NCBI GenBank assembly: GCA_020057115.1
Contig: JAGVGJ010000002.1
Coordinates: 857-64,856 of the forward strand
Direction: 5' to 3'
DNA length: 64,000 bases
From: Candidatus Omnitrophota bacterium
GTDB lineage: Bacteria; Omnitrophota; Gorgyraeia; 2-01-FULL-45-10
In this document: piece by piece, positions 28,800 through 37,401 of the stretch
Position numbering within the stretch: the first letter of the stretch is position 1
How the letters are laid out: the number at the start of each line of letters is the position of its first letter
The notes under the pieces: model-generated
The model's database searches: none
The model's input: the letters and a program-made list of their open reading frames with translations, nothing else
Told to the model about the DNA's origin: nothing
Position numbers and translations under genes: made by a program

Positions 28800-29141
28800 A
28801 TGAAACTCGTGACCGCAATTATACAACCCCACAAGCTCGAAGACGTATTACAGGAATTGGAAAAAGCAGAGATACATCTAAAGACCGTCTCGAATGCCCT
28901 CGGATGCGGAAGGCAGAAAGGCCGCACAGAGGTATATCGCGGCAGGAAAGAGACTGGGAACCTGCTAAAAAAGATACGCCTTGAGATCGCAGTAAATGAC
29001 CAGTTCGTGCAGCAAACCATCGACGCCATCGTGAAAGGGGCCAGAACAGGCAATATCGGCGATGGGAAGATATTCGTCGTAGCGCTTGCTGAATGCGTAA
29101 GGATACGAACAGGCGAAAAAGGAGGCCAGGCGATAGGTTAG
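28800..29141 (+). CDS. glnK: Nitrogen regulatory protein P-II, copy 2.
   Basis: 113 aa, same motifs as copy 1. Confidence 0.9.
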   Translation: MKLVTAIIQPHKLEDVLQELEKAEIHLKTVSNALGCGRQKGRTEVYRGRKETGNLLKKIRLEIAVNDQFVQQTIDAIVKGARTGNIGDGKIFVVALAECVRIRTGEKGGQAIG

Positions 29142-29217
29142 TAGAACCTTTGGCTTGTTACCAAAAATATGTATTTTTTACTTGTAATATCAGATGAAAA
29201 GTTGTATAGTATTTCTA

Positions 29218-29312
29218 GCACATTGCAGTGCGAAGTAAGGCGTAGACGACCAAATAGAACATTGACGTTCACTAATTATCTCGAAATGCCGAGATAATGT
29301 GAACGTTTTTTT
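29218..29312 (+). promoter_or_regulatory. ANTAR-type dual hexaloop hairpins plus an intrinsic terminator in the glnN leader.
   Basis: Hairpin 1 is GCAC-ATTGCA-GTGC and hairpin 2 is GAAC-ATTGAC-GTTC. The terminator is ACGTTCACTAATTATCTCG / CGAGATAATGTGAACGT followed by T7. Confidence 0.5.
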
Positions 29313-29340
29313 ATTTTATGGTATAATACGGGAGGTTTAA

Positions 29341-31593
29341 ATGAGCATAAGACAAGAGACATTGAGCAGGATCAATGGGATCGACATTGGAGGTGGCAAG
29401 ATGGGTGTGAGGCAGGAGACATTGAACAAGATAAAAGGCGTAGAGCTCAAGAAGATCGACATGCCTAAGAAGGTCTCTTCATATTTCGGCGAGAACACTT
29501 TCAGCATAACTGCCATGCAGAAGTACCTGTCAAAGAATACCTTTGACGCTTTTAAGAAATGGATGTCGGAAGGCGTTACGATATCCAAGGACCAGGCCGA
29601 TGAGATAGCCAATGCCATGAAAGACTGGGCTATGTCAAAAGGCGCCACATACTACACCCACTGGTTCCAACCTATGACAGGCCTCACAGCTGAAAAACAC
29701 GACAGCTTCATATCTATCACAGGGCCGGGAAAGGTAATAGAGAAGTTCTCCGGTTCAAAACTGATACAGGGTGAGCCTGATGCAAGCTCATTCCCATCCG
29801 GTGGCATACGCGCTACATTTGAAGCGCGCGGCTATACCGCATGGGACCCGTCAAGCCCGGCATTCATAATCGAATCACAGCTCGGGAAGACCCTTTGCAT
29901 ACCGACAATATTCATCTCCTATCACGGAGAGGCTCTTGATAAGAAATTGCCGCTCCTGCGTTCGGATGAGGCGCTTTCAAAGGCGGCCGTAAATCTCCTA
30001 AAGCTCTTCGGGCATAAGGATGTAAAGAAGGCCTTCTCCACATGCGGTCCGGAACAGGAATATTTCCTGATCGACAAGAATTACTACAACTTAAGGCAAG
30101 ACCTGGTCATGACAGGCCGCACGCTAGTCGGAGCCGCTTCTCCCAAGGGACAGCAGCTTGAAGACCAGTATTTTGGGACGATCAAGGAACGCGTAGTAAA
30201 CTATATGTTCGAGGTCGCGGAAGAGGCATATAAGCTGGGCATACCTGTAATGACAAGGCATAATGAGGTCGCTCCGCATCAATATGAGTTCGCTCCGATC
30301 TTCGAAGAATCCAATATAGCAGCAGACCATAACCAGCTCTTGATGGAGATAATGAAGAAGGTGGCTCTAAGACATAACATGGTCTGTCTCCTCCACGAGA
30401 AACCGTTCGCCGGCATTAACGGCAGCGGCAAGCATGTGAACTGGTCGTTGGGGGATGATAAGGGCAACAACCTCCTCAATCCCGGAGACACCCCTGAAGA
30501 CAGCCTTCAGTTCCTTGCCGTGCTCGCGGCAGTATTGAGAGCCGTATACCTGCATTCGGATCTTCTGCGCGCAAGCGTTGCCATGGCGGGAAATGAGCAC
30601 CGTCTCGGCGCCAATGAGGCCCCTCCGGCCATCATAAGCGTATTCCTGGGAGCGCAGCTTACAAAGGTCCTGGACGTGATCGAAAAGGGGGCAAAGTCCA
30701 GCGTATCGAAGAAAGATATCATCGATCTCGGGATCGCCAGGCTGCCAAGGTTCAATAAGGATGCGACCGACAGGAACAGGACTTCGCCATTCGCATTTAC
30801 AGGCAATAAGTTTGAGTTCAGGGCTGTCGGTTCAAGCCAGAACATATCTACGCCGATCACGATCGTTAACACGATCATCGCTGATTCGTTGGACTATGTT
30901 GCCGATAAGATCAAGAAGGCATCTAGCGGCAAGGATTTCAACACAGCGGCTCTGCAAGTAATAGCCCAGATAATCAAGGAGACTAAGGATATCCGCTTCG
31001 AAGGCAATAATTATGCCGAAGAGTGGGTGAAAGAGGCCAAGAAGAGAGGGCTGCCGAATATAGCCTCGACATACGAATCGCTAGAGGCTCTCACTAAAGA
31101 GAAGAACATAGCATTATTCGAAAAATACAAAGTCTTCTCAAAAGAGGAGCTCGTAGCCCGCTACCACATATGGATACACACCTATGACCTGATCCTAGAG
31201 ATAGAAGCCAATACGCTAGTCGAGATGGTCAATGCGAGCATCGTCCCGGCAGGTTATGAATACGAAAAACTCCTGGCCACCAATCTGGGCAGGCTGGCAG
31301 AACTAAAGAAGGTTGCCGGCATGAAGCTCGACACAGCGGTATTAAAGGACAAGGTCGAGCACTTAAAAGACGTTTCATCGAAGATATATTACGTAAGACG
31401 TAATACGGGCGAGATGGTAAAGCTCCTTGAAAAGGCTCACACATTGTCGGCTGAGAAGCGCGCCGAGCTGTATTTCGAGGAGTTAAAGCCGCTTATGGAC
31501 CACATCAGGAAGCACGTGGATCAGCTCGAATGCGTCGTTTCAGACGAGCATTGGGATCTGCCGAAGTACAGAGAGATGTTGTTCATTAAATAG
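29341..31593 (+). CDS. glnN: Glutamine synthetase type III (GlnN); the first 20 codons appear tandemly duplicated.
   Basis: About 730-aa GSIII architecture. MSIRQETLSRINGIDIGGGK is followed by MGVRQETLNKIKGVELKK. GGGAGG RBS before 29341. Confidence 0.8.
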   Translation: MSIRQETLSRINGIDIGGGKMGVRQETLNKIKGVELKKIDMPKKVSSYFGENTFSITAMQKYLSKNTFDAFKKWMSEGVTISKDQADEIANAMKDWAMSKGATYYTHWFQPMTGLTAEKHDSFISITGPGKVIEKFSGSKLIQGEPDASSFPSGGIRATFEARGYTAWDPSSPAFIIESQLGKTLCIPTIFISYHGEALDKKLPLLRSDEALSKAAVNLLKLFGHKDVKKAFSTCGPEQEYFLIDKNYYNLRQDLVMTGRTLVGAASPKGQQLEDQYFGTIKERVVNYMFEVAEEAYKLGIPVMTRHNEVAPHQYEFAPIFEESNIAADHNQLLMEIMKKVALRHNMVCLLHEKPFAGINGSGKHVNWSLGDDKGNNLLNPGDTPEDSLQFLAVLAAVLRAVYLHSDLLRASVAMAGNEHRLGANEAPPAIISVFLGAQLTKVLDVIEKGAKSSVSKKDIIDLGIARLPRFNKDATDRNRTSPFAFTGNKFEFRAVGSSQNISTPITIVNTIIADSLDYVADKIKKASSGKDFNTAALQVIAQIIKETKDIRFEGNNYAEEWVKEAKKRGLPNIASTYESLEALTKEKNIALFEKYKVFSKEELVARYHIWIHTYDLILEIEANTLVEMVNASIVPAGYEYEKLLATNLGRLAELKKVAGMKLDTAVLKDKVEHLKDVSSKIYYVRRNTGEMVKLLEKAHTLSAEKRAELYFEELKPLMDHIRKHVDQLECVVSDEHWDLPKYREMLFIK

Positions 31594-31623
31594 GGTCCAG
31601 GGGCCAGGGTCAAGGGTCCAGGG
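31593..31623. repeat. Copy of the GC-rich heptad-repeat element (GGGTCCAGGGGCCAGGGTCAAGGGTCCAGGG), forward arm only.
   Basis: 26/27 identity to 50604-50630. Sits between the glnN stop and the ANTAR hairpins. Confidence 0.6.
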
Positions 31624-31639
31624 AAAAGAAAAAATTATA

Positions 31640-31730
31640 AAGCACAGGGTCGTGCTTAGATAGAGACAAAAGAACAGAGGCGTTCAAAAAGGTCGAATCG
31701 TACCGGCCTGTTTGAACGCCTCATTTTTAT
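31640..31730 (+). promoter_or_regulatory. ANTAR-type dual hexaloop hairpins plus an intrinsic terminator in the leader of the GATase-gltBD operon.
   Basis: Hairpin 1 is AGCAC-AGGGTC-GTGCT. A 15-nt linker follows. Hairpin 2 is GAAC-AGAGGC-GTTC. The terminator is GAGGCGTTCAAA...TTTGAACGCCTC followed by a U-tract. Confidence 0.55.
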
Positions 31731-32441
31731 ATGAAAAAAATACTGATAATAAAACATGTGGACATAGAGGGCCCGGGGACGATCGAAGAGTTCCTTGTCG
31801 ATTCGGGCTGGAATGTGTCGCAAATTAACCTCGGCTCAGGCGAGATGCTGCCGGCATCGCCGGAAGGGATGGATGCGGTCATATGTATGGGCGGCCCGAT
31901 GAACGCCTACGAGGAAGAGAAATATCCGTTCCTTAAGAATGAGGATGCATTCATTAAGCAGGTAATAGCTTTCAGGATCCCTTTCCTCGGCCTATGCCTG
32001 GGCGCCCAATTGCTCGCAAAGGCTGCGGGCGCAAAAGTGATGAAGGCGCCCGCTAAAGAGATCGGCTGGTACCAGGTAAGCCTTACAAAGGATGGAAAAA
32101 AAGACAGGCTCTTTAGGAGCGCTCCTTCTAACTTTATGGTATTCCAATGGCATGAAGACACTTTCGAGCTGCCCGAGAATGGCGTATTGCTGGCGAGATC
32201 CGACCGGTGCGAGAACCAGGCATTTCGCATCGGCAAGAATGCGTACGGCCTGCAATTCCATATCGAAGTAACACCGCCTATGATAGAAAGCTGGCTGACC
32301 GAAGGCAATATACAGAAGAATGACTCCAGGGCCATGCTAGATGAAGCATATTTAAGGAAAGAATCATATAGCAGCCAGGCTAATTCAATATACATGGATT
32401 TCGCTGATATAATAAAAAGCTCGGAAATTAGAAGAGCATAA
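31731..32441 (+). CDS. Class I glutamine amidotransferase domain protein.
   Basis: GLCLGAQLL nucleophile Cys motif. His/Glu in the C-terminal part. Confidence 0.6.
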   Translation: MKKILIIKHVDIEGPGTIEEFLVDSGWNVSQINLGSGEMLPASPEGMDAVICMGGPMNAYEEEKYPFLKNEDAFIKQVIAFRIPFLGLCLGAQLLAKAAGAKVMKAPAKEIGWYQVSLTKDGKKDRLFRSAPSNFMVFQWHEDTFELPENGVLLARSDRCENQAFRIGKNAYGLQFHIEVTPPMIESWLTEGNIQKNDSRAMLDEAYLRKESYSSQANSIYMDFADIIKSSEIRRA

Positions 32442-32480
32442 AAAATTTTTAAGTTTTAATGCCTAAGCATTAGGCATGAG

Positions 32481-32870
32481 GTGCTAAAGATGATAACCAT
32501 CTTGATAGATGACAACGAAAACAAGTTGAAAGAGCTGCTGAGCGGATTTTTGCGCAGAGAAGGATATGTCACCCAGCCGGACGAGAATGACCCTAGCATA
32601 ATAAAAGTCGTGCCGAAGGAGATCCACGACGGCAAATTCTCCTTAAAGAACAAGATCGTCGAGCTAGAAAACTCTTTATATTATCAGAAAAAGGGTGTAT
32701 TATATAAATCCATTTTAGAAAATGTCGAGAAGCCCATGATAGAGCATGCTCTTGAGCGCACCGAAGGAAATCAGCTCAAGGCGGCAAAGATGCTGGGCAT
32801 GAACCGGAATACGATACGCGCAAAGATAAAGAAGCTCGGCATAGACTTAACGAGATGGAAGGACCATTAA
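32481..32870 (+). CDS. Small Fis-type HTH (HTH_8) DNA-binding protein resembling an NtrC C-terminus.
   Basis: C-terminal QLKAAKMLGMNRNTIRAKIKKLGI. Stop is 1 nt before the gltB start. Confidence 0.5.
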   Translation: MLKMITILIDDNENKLKELLSGFLRREGYVTQPDENDPSIIKVVPKEIHDGKFSLKNKIVELENSLYYQKKGVLYKSILENVEKPMIEHALERTEGNQLKAAKMLGMNRNTIRAKIKKLGIDLTRWKDH

Positions 32871-32871
32871 A

Positions 32872-35800
32872 ATGACGAATTACCATCTTCCGAAAAAACA
32901 GGGACTTTACGATCCGGCATACGAACATGATGCCTGCGGGGTAGGCTTTGTCTGCAACATAAAAGGCGAGAGGTCAAACGAGATCGTAAAACAGGGACTC
33001 GAGGTATTGAACCGCCTCGCTAACAGGGGCGCTACGGGATCCGACCCTAAAACCGGCGACGGCGCGGGCATCCTCATGCAGATGCCGCATGAGTTCTTCG
33101 CTAAGGCATGTCAGAGCGCTAAGATAGATCTCCCGTCTTCGGGCGATTATGCTACAGGCCTGGTATTCCTGCCAACGGATACAAAAGAACGCGAGTTCTG
33201 TAAAGGCGTATTCAAGGCGGCCGTTGAAAAAGACGGGCAGGCGCTTATCGGCTGGCGCATTGTGCCGGTAGATGATTCGGACATAGGCCAGACCGCCAAA
33301 CAGACAGAACCCGTCATCGAGCAGCCATTTATCAGAAAGGCAGACGGCATAAAAAACTCTCTGGAATTCGAGAGGCGCCTCTACATAATAAGAAAGAAAA
33401 TAGAGAACGCTATACGCTCGTCTGATATTAAGCAGAGATCCTTCTTCTACATAACCAATCTCTCAAGCCGCACATTCTCGTATAAGGGCCTCTTGATGCC
33501 GCACCAGCTGGGCAATTTCTTCCCGGACTTAAAAGAGAGCTCCATCCAAAGCGCTATATCCCTTGTCCATTCACGCTATAGCACCAACACCTTCCCTACA
33601 TGGGACTTATCGCAGCCATTCCGTTTCCTTGCCCATAACGGCGAGATAAACACTCTTCGGGGAAATATCAACTGGATGGCCGCAAGAGAAGGGCTGCTCA
33701 AGAGCAAGCTCTTCGGGAAAGATATCAATAAGATATCTCCTATAATAGTTCCGGGCGGTAGCGACTCTGCGGCTCTAGATAATGTATTTGAGCTTCTGGT
33801 CCTATCCGGCAGGCCCATACATCATGCGATGATGATGCTCATCCCGGCGGCATGGCAGCAGGATAAGCTCATGGACAACAAGCTTAAAGATTTCTATCGC
33901 TACCACGCCTGCCTCACCGAGCCGTGGGATGGACCGGCAGCGATAGCATTTACTGACGGAACAAGGATAGGTGCAGTCCTTGATAGAAATGGCTTAAGAC
34001 CGGCTCGTTATATAGTTACAAAGACCGGTATGGTCGTTATGGCCTCGGAAGCCGGAGTGCTTGATATTGACGCAAAAGATATTGCTATATCAGGCAGGCT
34101 TGAGCCAGGCAAGACATTCTTCATAGACACCGAAGCCGGGCGCATCATAAATGATGCGGAGCTTAAGAAGGAGACGGCTGAAAAACAACCTTACTCGAAA
34201 TGGCTCAAGGATCACCTGAAGAACTTGGATGATCTGCCGGGACATAAAGCTGCTAAAGGGAAGACCGGCGATACGCTCACAGCCTTAAAGGCATTCGGAT
34301 ATACGCGGGAAGACCTGCGGATGATAATCAAGCCGATGGCCGCAAAAGGCCAGGAGCCTATCGGCTCCATGGGCAATGACGCGCCTCATGCTGTCATATC
34401 CAAGAAGCCGCATCTCTTATATACATACTTCAAGCATCTTTTTGCCCAGGTCACCAATCCTGCCATAGACCCGATAAGGGAAGAGCTTGTTATGAGCCTC
34501 GACAGTTATATCGGACCCGAAGAGAACCTGCTTGATGAGACACCGGAACATTGCAATAAACTCAAGGTTTCAAAGCCCATACTTAGCAATGAGGAGCTTG
34601 AAAAGATACGTCATATCAAGGTGAATGGCTTCCGGACCCGCACTATCCCGATATTGTTCAGCGCTTCGGACAGCAAAGACTTCACAAAAACCCTTGATGC
34701 CATATGCAGCCAGACCGTGAAAGCGATCAGGGATGGATACACTTTCGTCATATTGAGCGACCGCGGAGTGAATAAAGCTAAAGCTGCGCTGCCGGCCCTT
34801 TTGGCCACAGGGGCCGTCCACCAATACCTTATCAAGAAAGCCATGCGCACGCAGATAGGCATAATAGTGGAGAGCGCCGAGCCCAGAGAAGTACACCATT
34901 TCGCTCTTCTCTTCGGTTATGGCGCAGATTGCGTAAATCCATATCTTGCTTACGAAGCAGTCGAATACCTGGTAAAGGAAGGCGAGCTTGATATCGACGC
35001 GAAGAACGCTGTGTCTAATTACAAAAAAGCGATCAATAAAGGCATCCTTAAAATACTTTCGAAGATGGGCATCTCTACATTACAGAGCTACCGCGGAGCG
35101 CAGATATTCGAGGCATTGGGTATAGGCGAGAAAGTAATAGCTAAATGTTTTACAGGAACTCCTTCCCGTATAGGCGGCGTAGACTTCGAGGTGCTCGGCA
35201 AGGAATGCCTCATAAGGCATGAAGATGCATATCCGAAAGACGCCGTACGATCTCCGATCCTTCCGCCCGGCGGCATATATCAATGGCGCATGGACGGGGA
35301 TTTTCACCTTTGGAATCCCGACTCGATTGCAGCCCTCCAGGATGCCACAAGATTCAATGACCGGGAAAGATATAAGGAATTTGCAAGGCTGATAAATGAC
35401 CAGTCAGATAATCCGTGCACATTGAGAGGGTTGCTGCGATTTAAGCCGGGAAAGCCTATCACAATAGATGAAGTAGAGCCTTTCGAGGAGATAGTGAAGC
35501 GTTTCGCTACCGGAGCTATGAGCTTCGGTTCGATAAGTAAAGGCGCCCACGAGACGCTCGCCATCGCTATGAACCGCCTGAAAGCAAAGTCCAATACCGG
35601 AGAGGGCGGGGAAGATCCTGCAAGGTTCCAGTCTCTCCCGAACGGTGACTCTGCAAGGAGCGCTATCAAGCAAGTCGCATCCGGCAGATTCGGCGTGACC
35701 ACAAATTATCTTATAAACGCGGACGAGCTCCAAATAAAGATAGCGCAAGGCGCAAAACCCGGAGAGGGCGGGCAGCTGCCCGGGCACAAGGTAAGCGCCA

Positions 35801-37401
35801 TCATCGCGAAGACACGCTACACCACTCCGAGAGTTACCCTGATATCGCCTCCGCCTCATCATGATATCTACTCCATTGAGGACCTGGCACAGCTTATATT
35901 TGACTTAAAAAATGTCAACCCTCGCGCCAGGATAAGCGTGAAGCTCGTATCCGAAATAGGCGTTGGCACAGTAGCGGCCGGCGTCGCCAAGGGCCATGCA
36001 GACATGATCCTGATATCGGGAGGGGATGGCGGGACAGGCGCATCGCCTTTAAGCTCCATAAAACACGCCGGGCTTCCGTGGGAGCTCGGATTATCCGAAG
36101 CCCACCAGACCCTTGTCCTGAATGACTTGAGAAGCCGGGTGCGACTTCAGACCGACGGCCAGATGCGGACCGGCCGGGATGTCGCTATAGCCGCTATGTT
36201 GGGAGCCGAAGAGTTCGGATTCTGCACGGCAGCCCTGATAGTATTGGGATGCGTGATGCTGAGGCATTGCCATCTCAACAACTGTTCTGTCGGAGTCGCG
36301 ACCCAGGACGAGATACTCGAGAAACATTTCAGGGGCAAGCCGGAATATGTGATCAATTATTTCCGGTTCGTCATAGAAGAATTGCGCGAGATAATGGCAT
36401 CCCTCGGGATACGCAAGCTTGATGAGATGGTTGGAAGGTCGGACCTGTTAGAGACCAACTCGGACATCCTTCCATGGAAAGCAAAAGGAATAGATTTTTC
36501 CCGCATACTATACAAGCCTGAAGTCCCGTCTTCGGTGGGGATCTATTGCACAAAAGCTCAGGACCATGGTATCGACAAAACATTGGACCGGAAACTTATA
36601 GAGCTGTCTAAGGATGCCCTGGAAAGGGCTGAAGCCGTAAAAATATCCTTACCGATAAGTAATGTCAACAGGACCGCCGGCGCCACACTATCCGGAGAGG
36701 TCTGCAGGATATGGGGAGAGAATGGCCTTGCCGAAGATACTATACACTGCAAGTTTAAAGGCGTGGCAGGGCAGAGTTTCGGTGCATTTCTTGCCAAGGG
36801 CGTCACGTTCGAGCTCGAAGGCATGGCGAACGATTATGTCGGTAAAGGCATATCATCCGGCAAGATCATCATCTATCCCGATAAGAATGCCGGATATAAG
36901 CCGGAAGAGAATATAATAATCGGCAATACCACTTTCTACGGCGCCATAAAGGGAGAGGCCTACATACGTGGGATGGCCGGGGAGAGGTTCTGCATAAGAA
37001 ACTCCGGGCTTCTGGCTGTAGTCGAAGGCGTAGGCGACCATGGATGCGAATACATGACCGGCGGGCGCGTCATAGTGCTGGGCAAGACCGGCAGGAACTT
37101 CGGCGCCGGCATGTCAGGAGGGATCGCGTATATCTATGACGAATCCGGAGACTTCAAATACAAATGCAACACCGAGATGGTAGAGCTTGAGAAAGTCGGA
37201 AGAGATGACCTCCTGATTATTAATGACCTTCTTATTAATCATTACAGGTACACTCAAAGCCCTATCGCGAAGAAAATAATCGACGATTTCAAGTCAAACA
37301 TTAAGAAATTCATAAAGGTCATGCCGACAGAATACAAGCGCATTTTAGACACAAAGAAGATGGACGAGAAGTTGGACCTAACAGAGGTATCAGATGGGTG
37401 A
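32872..37401 (+). CDS. gltB: Glutamate synthase large subunit.
   Basis: 1509 aa. N-terminal Ntn amidotransferase Cys (CGVGFV), FMN and 3Fe-4S domains, C-terminal GXGXG domain. Confidence 0.9.
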   Translation: MTNYHLPKKQGLYDPAYEHDACGVGFVCNIKGERSNEIVKQGLEVLNRLANRGATGSDPKTGDGAGILMQMPHEFFAKACQSAKIDLPSSGDYATGLVFLPTDTKEREFCKGVFKAAVEKDGQALIGWRIVPVDDSDIGQTAKQTEPVIEQPFIRKADGIKNSLEFERRLYIIRKKIENAIRSSDIKQRSFFYITNLSSRTFSYKGLLMPHQLGNFFPDLKESSIQSAISLVHSRYSTNTFPTWDLSQPFRFLAHNGEINTLRGNINWMAAREGLLKSKLFGKDINKISPIIVPGGSDSAALDNVFELLVLSGRPIHHAMMMLIPAAWQQDKLMDNKLKDFYRYHACLTEPWDGPAAIAFTDGTRIGAVLDRNGLRPARYIVTKTGMVVMASEAGVLDIDAKDIAISGRLEPGKTFFIDTEAGRIINDAELKKETAEKQPYSKWLKDHLKNLDDLPGHKAAKGKTGDTLTALKAFGYTREDLRMIIKPMAAKGQEPIGSMGNDAPHAVISKKPHLLYTYFKHLFAQVTNPAIDPIREELVMSLDSYIGPEENLLDETPEHCNKLKVSKPILSNEELEKIRHIKVNGFRTRTIPILFSASDSKDFTKTLDAICSQTVKAIRDGYTFVILSDRGVNKAKAALPALLATGAVHQYLIKKAMRTQIGIIVESAEPREVHHFALLFGYGADCVNPYLAYEAVEYLVKEGELDIDAKNAVSNYKKAINKGILKILSKMGISTLQSYRGAQIFEALGIGEKVIAKCFTGTPSRIGGVDFEVLGKECLIRHEDAYPKDAVRSPILPPGGIYQWRMDGDFHLWNPDSIAALQDATRFNDRERYKEFARLINDQSDNPCTLRGLLRFKPGKPITIDEVEPFEEIVKRFATGAMSFGSISKGAHETLAIAMNRLKAKSNTGEGGEDPARFQSLPNGDSARSAIKQVASGRFGVTTNYLINADELQIKIAQGAKPGEGGQLPGHKVSAIIAKTRYTTPRVTLISPPPHHDIYSIEDLAQLIFDLKNVNPRARISVKLVSEIGVGTVAAGVAKGHADMILISGGDGGTGASPLSSIKHAGLPWELGLSEAHQTLVLNDLRSRVRLQTDGQMRTGRDVAIAAMLGAEEFGFCTAALIVLGCVMLRHCHLNNCSVGVATQDEILEKHFRGKPEYVINYFRFVIEELREIMASLGIRKLDEMVGRSDLLETNSDILPWKAKGIDFSRILYKPEVPSSVGIYCTKAQDHGIDKTLDRKLIELSKDALERAEAVKISLPISNVNRTAGATLSGEVCRIWGENGLAEDTIHCKFKGVAGQSFGAFLAKGVTFELEGMANDYVGKGISSGKIIIYPDKNAGYKPEENIIIGNTTFYGAIKGEAYIRGMAGERFCIRNSGLLAVVEGVGDHGCEYMTGGRVIVLGKTGRNFGAGMSGGIAYIYDESGDFKYKCNTEMVELEKVGRDDLLIINDLLINHYRYTQSPIAKKIIDDFKSNIKKFIKVMPTEYKRILDTKKMDEKLDLTEVSDG

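Noticed and set aside
29322-29327. A TATAAT hexamer immediately upstream of the glnN RBS as its promoter.
   Set aside because: It lies only about 13 nt from the ATG, leaving no room for a leader and Shine-Dalgarno pairing. It is more likely a chance hexamer in AT-rich sequence. Transcription probably starts upstream of the ANTAR leader.
27374-29340. A sigma54 (-24 GG / -12 GC) promoter or NtcA, TnrA or GlnR boxes in the nitrogen leaders.
   Set aside because: TGGC occurs in two leaders, but no TTGC follows at the required spacing. No GTA-N8-TAC or TGTNA-N7-TNACA site fits. The conserved GTTACCAAAW-N10-TTTACTTGTA box is therefore reported as novel instead.
24827-31730. A glutamine riboswitch (glnA RNA motif) in the nitrogen leaders.
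   Set aside because: The conserved GGCGTTC segment is superficially similar, but I could not reconstruct the E-loop and pseudoknot consensus from memory. The structures here are plain terminator hairpins with hexaloops, which fits ANTAR better.
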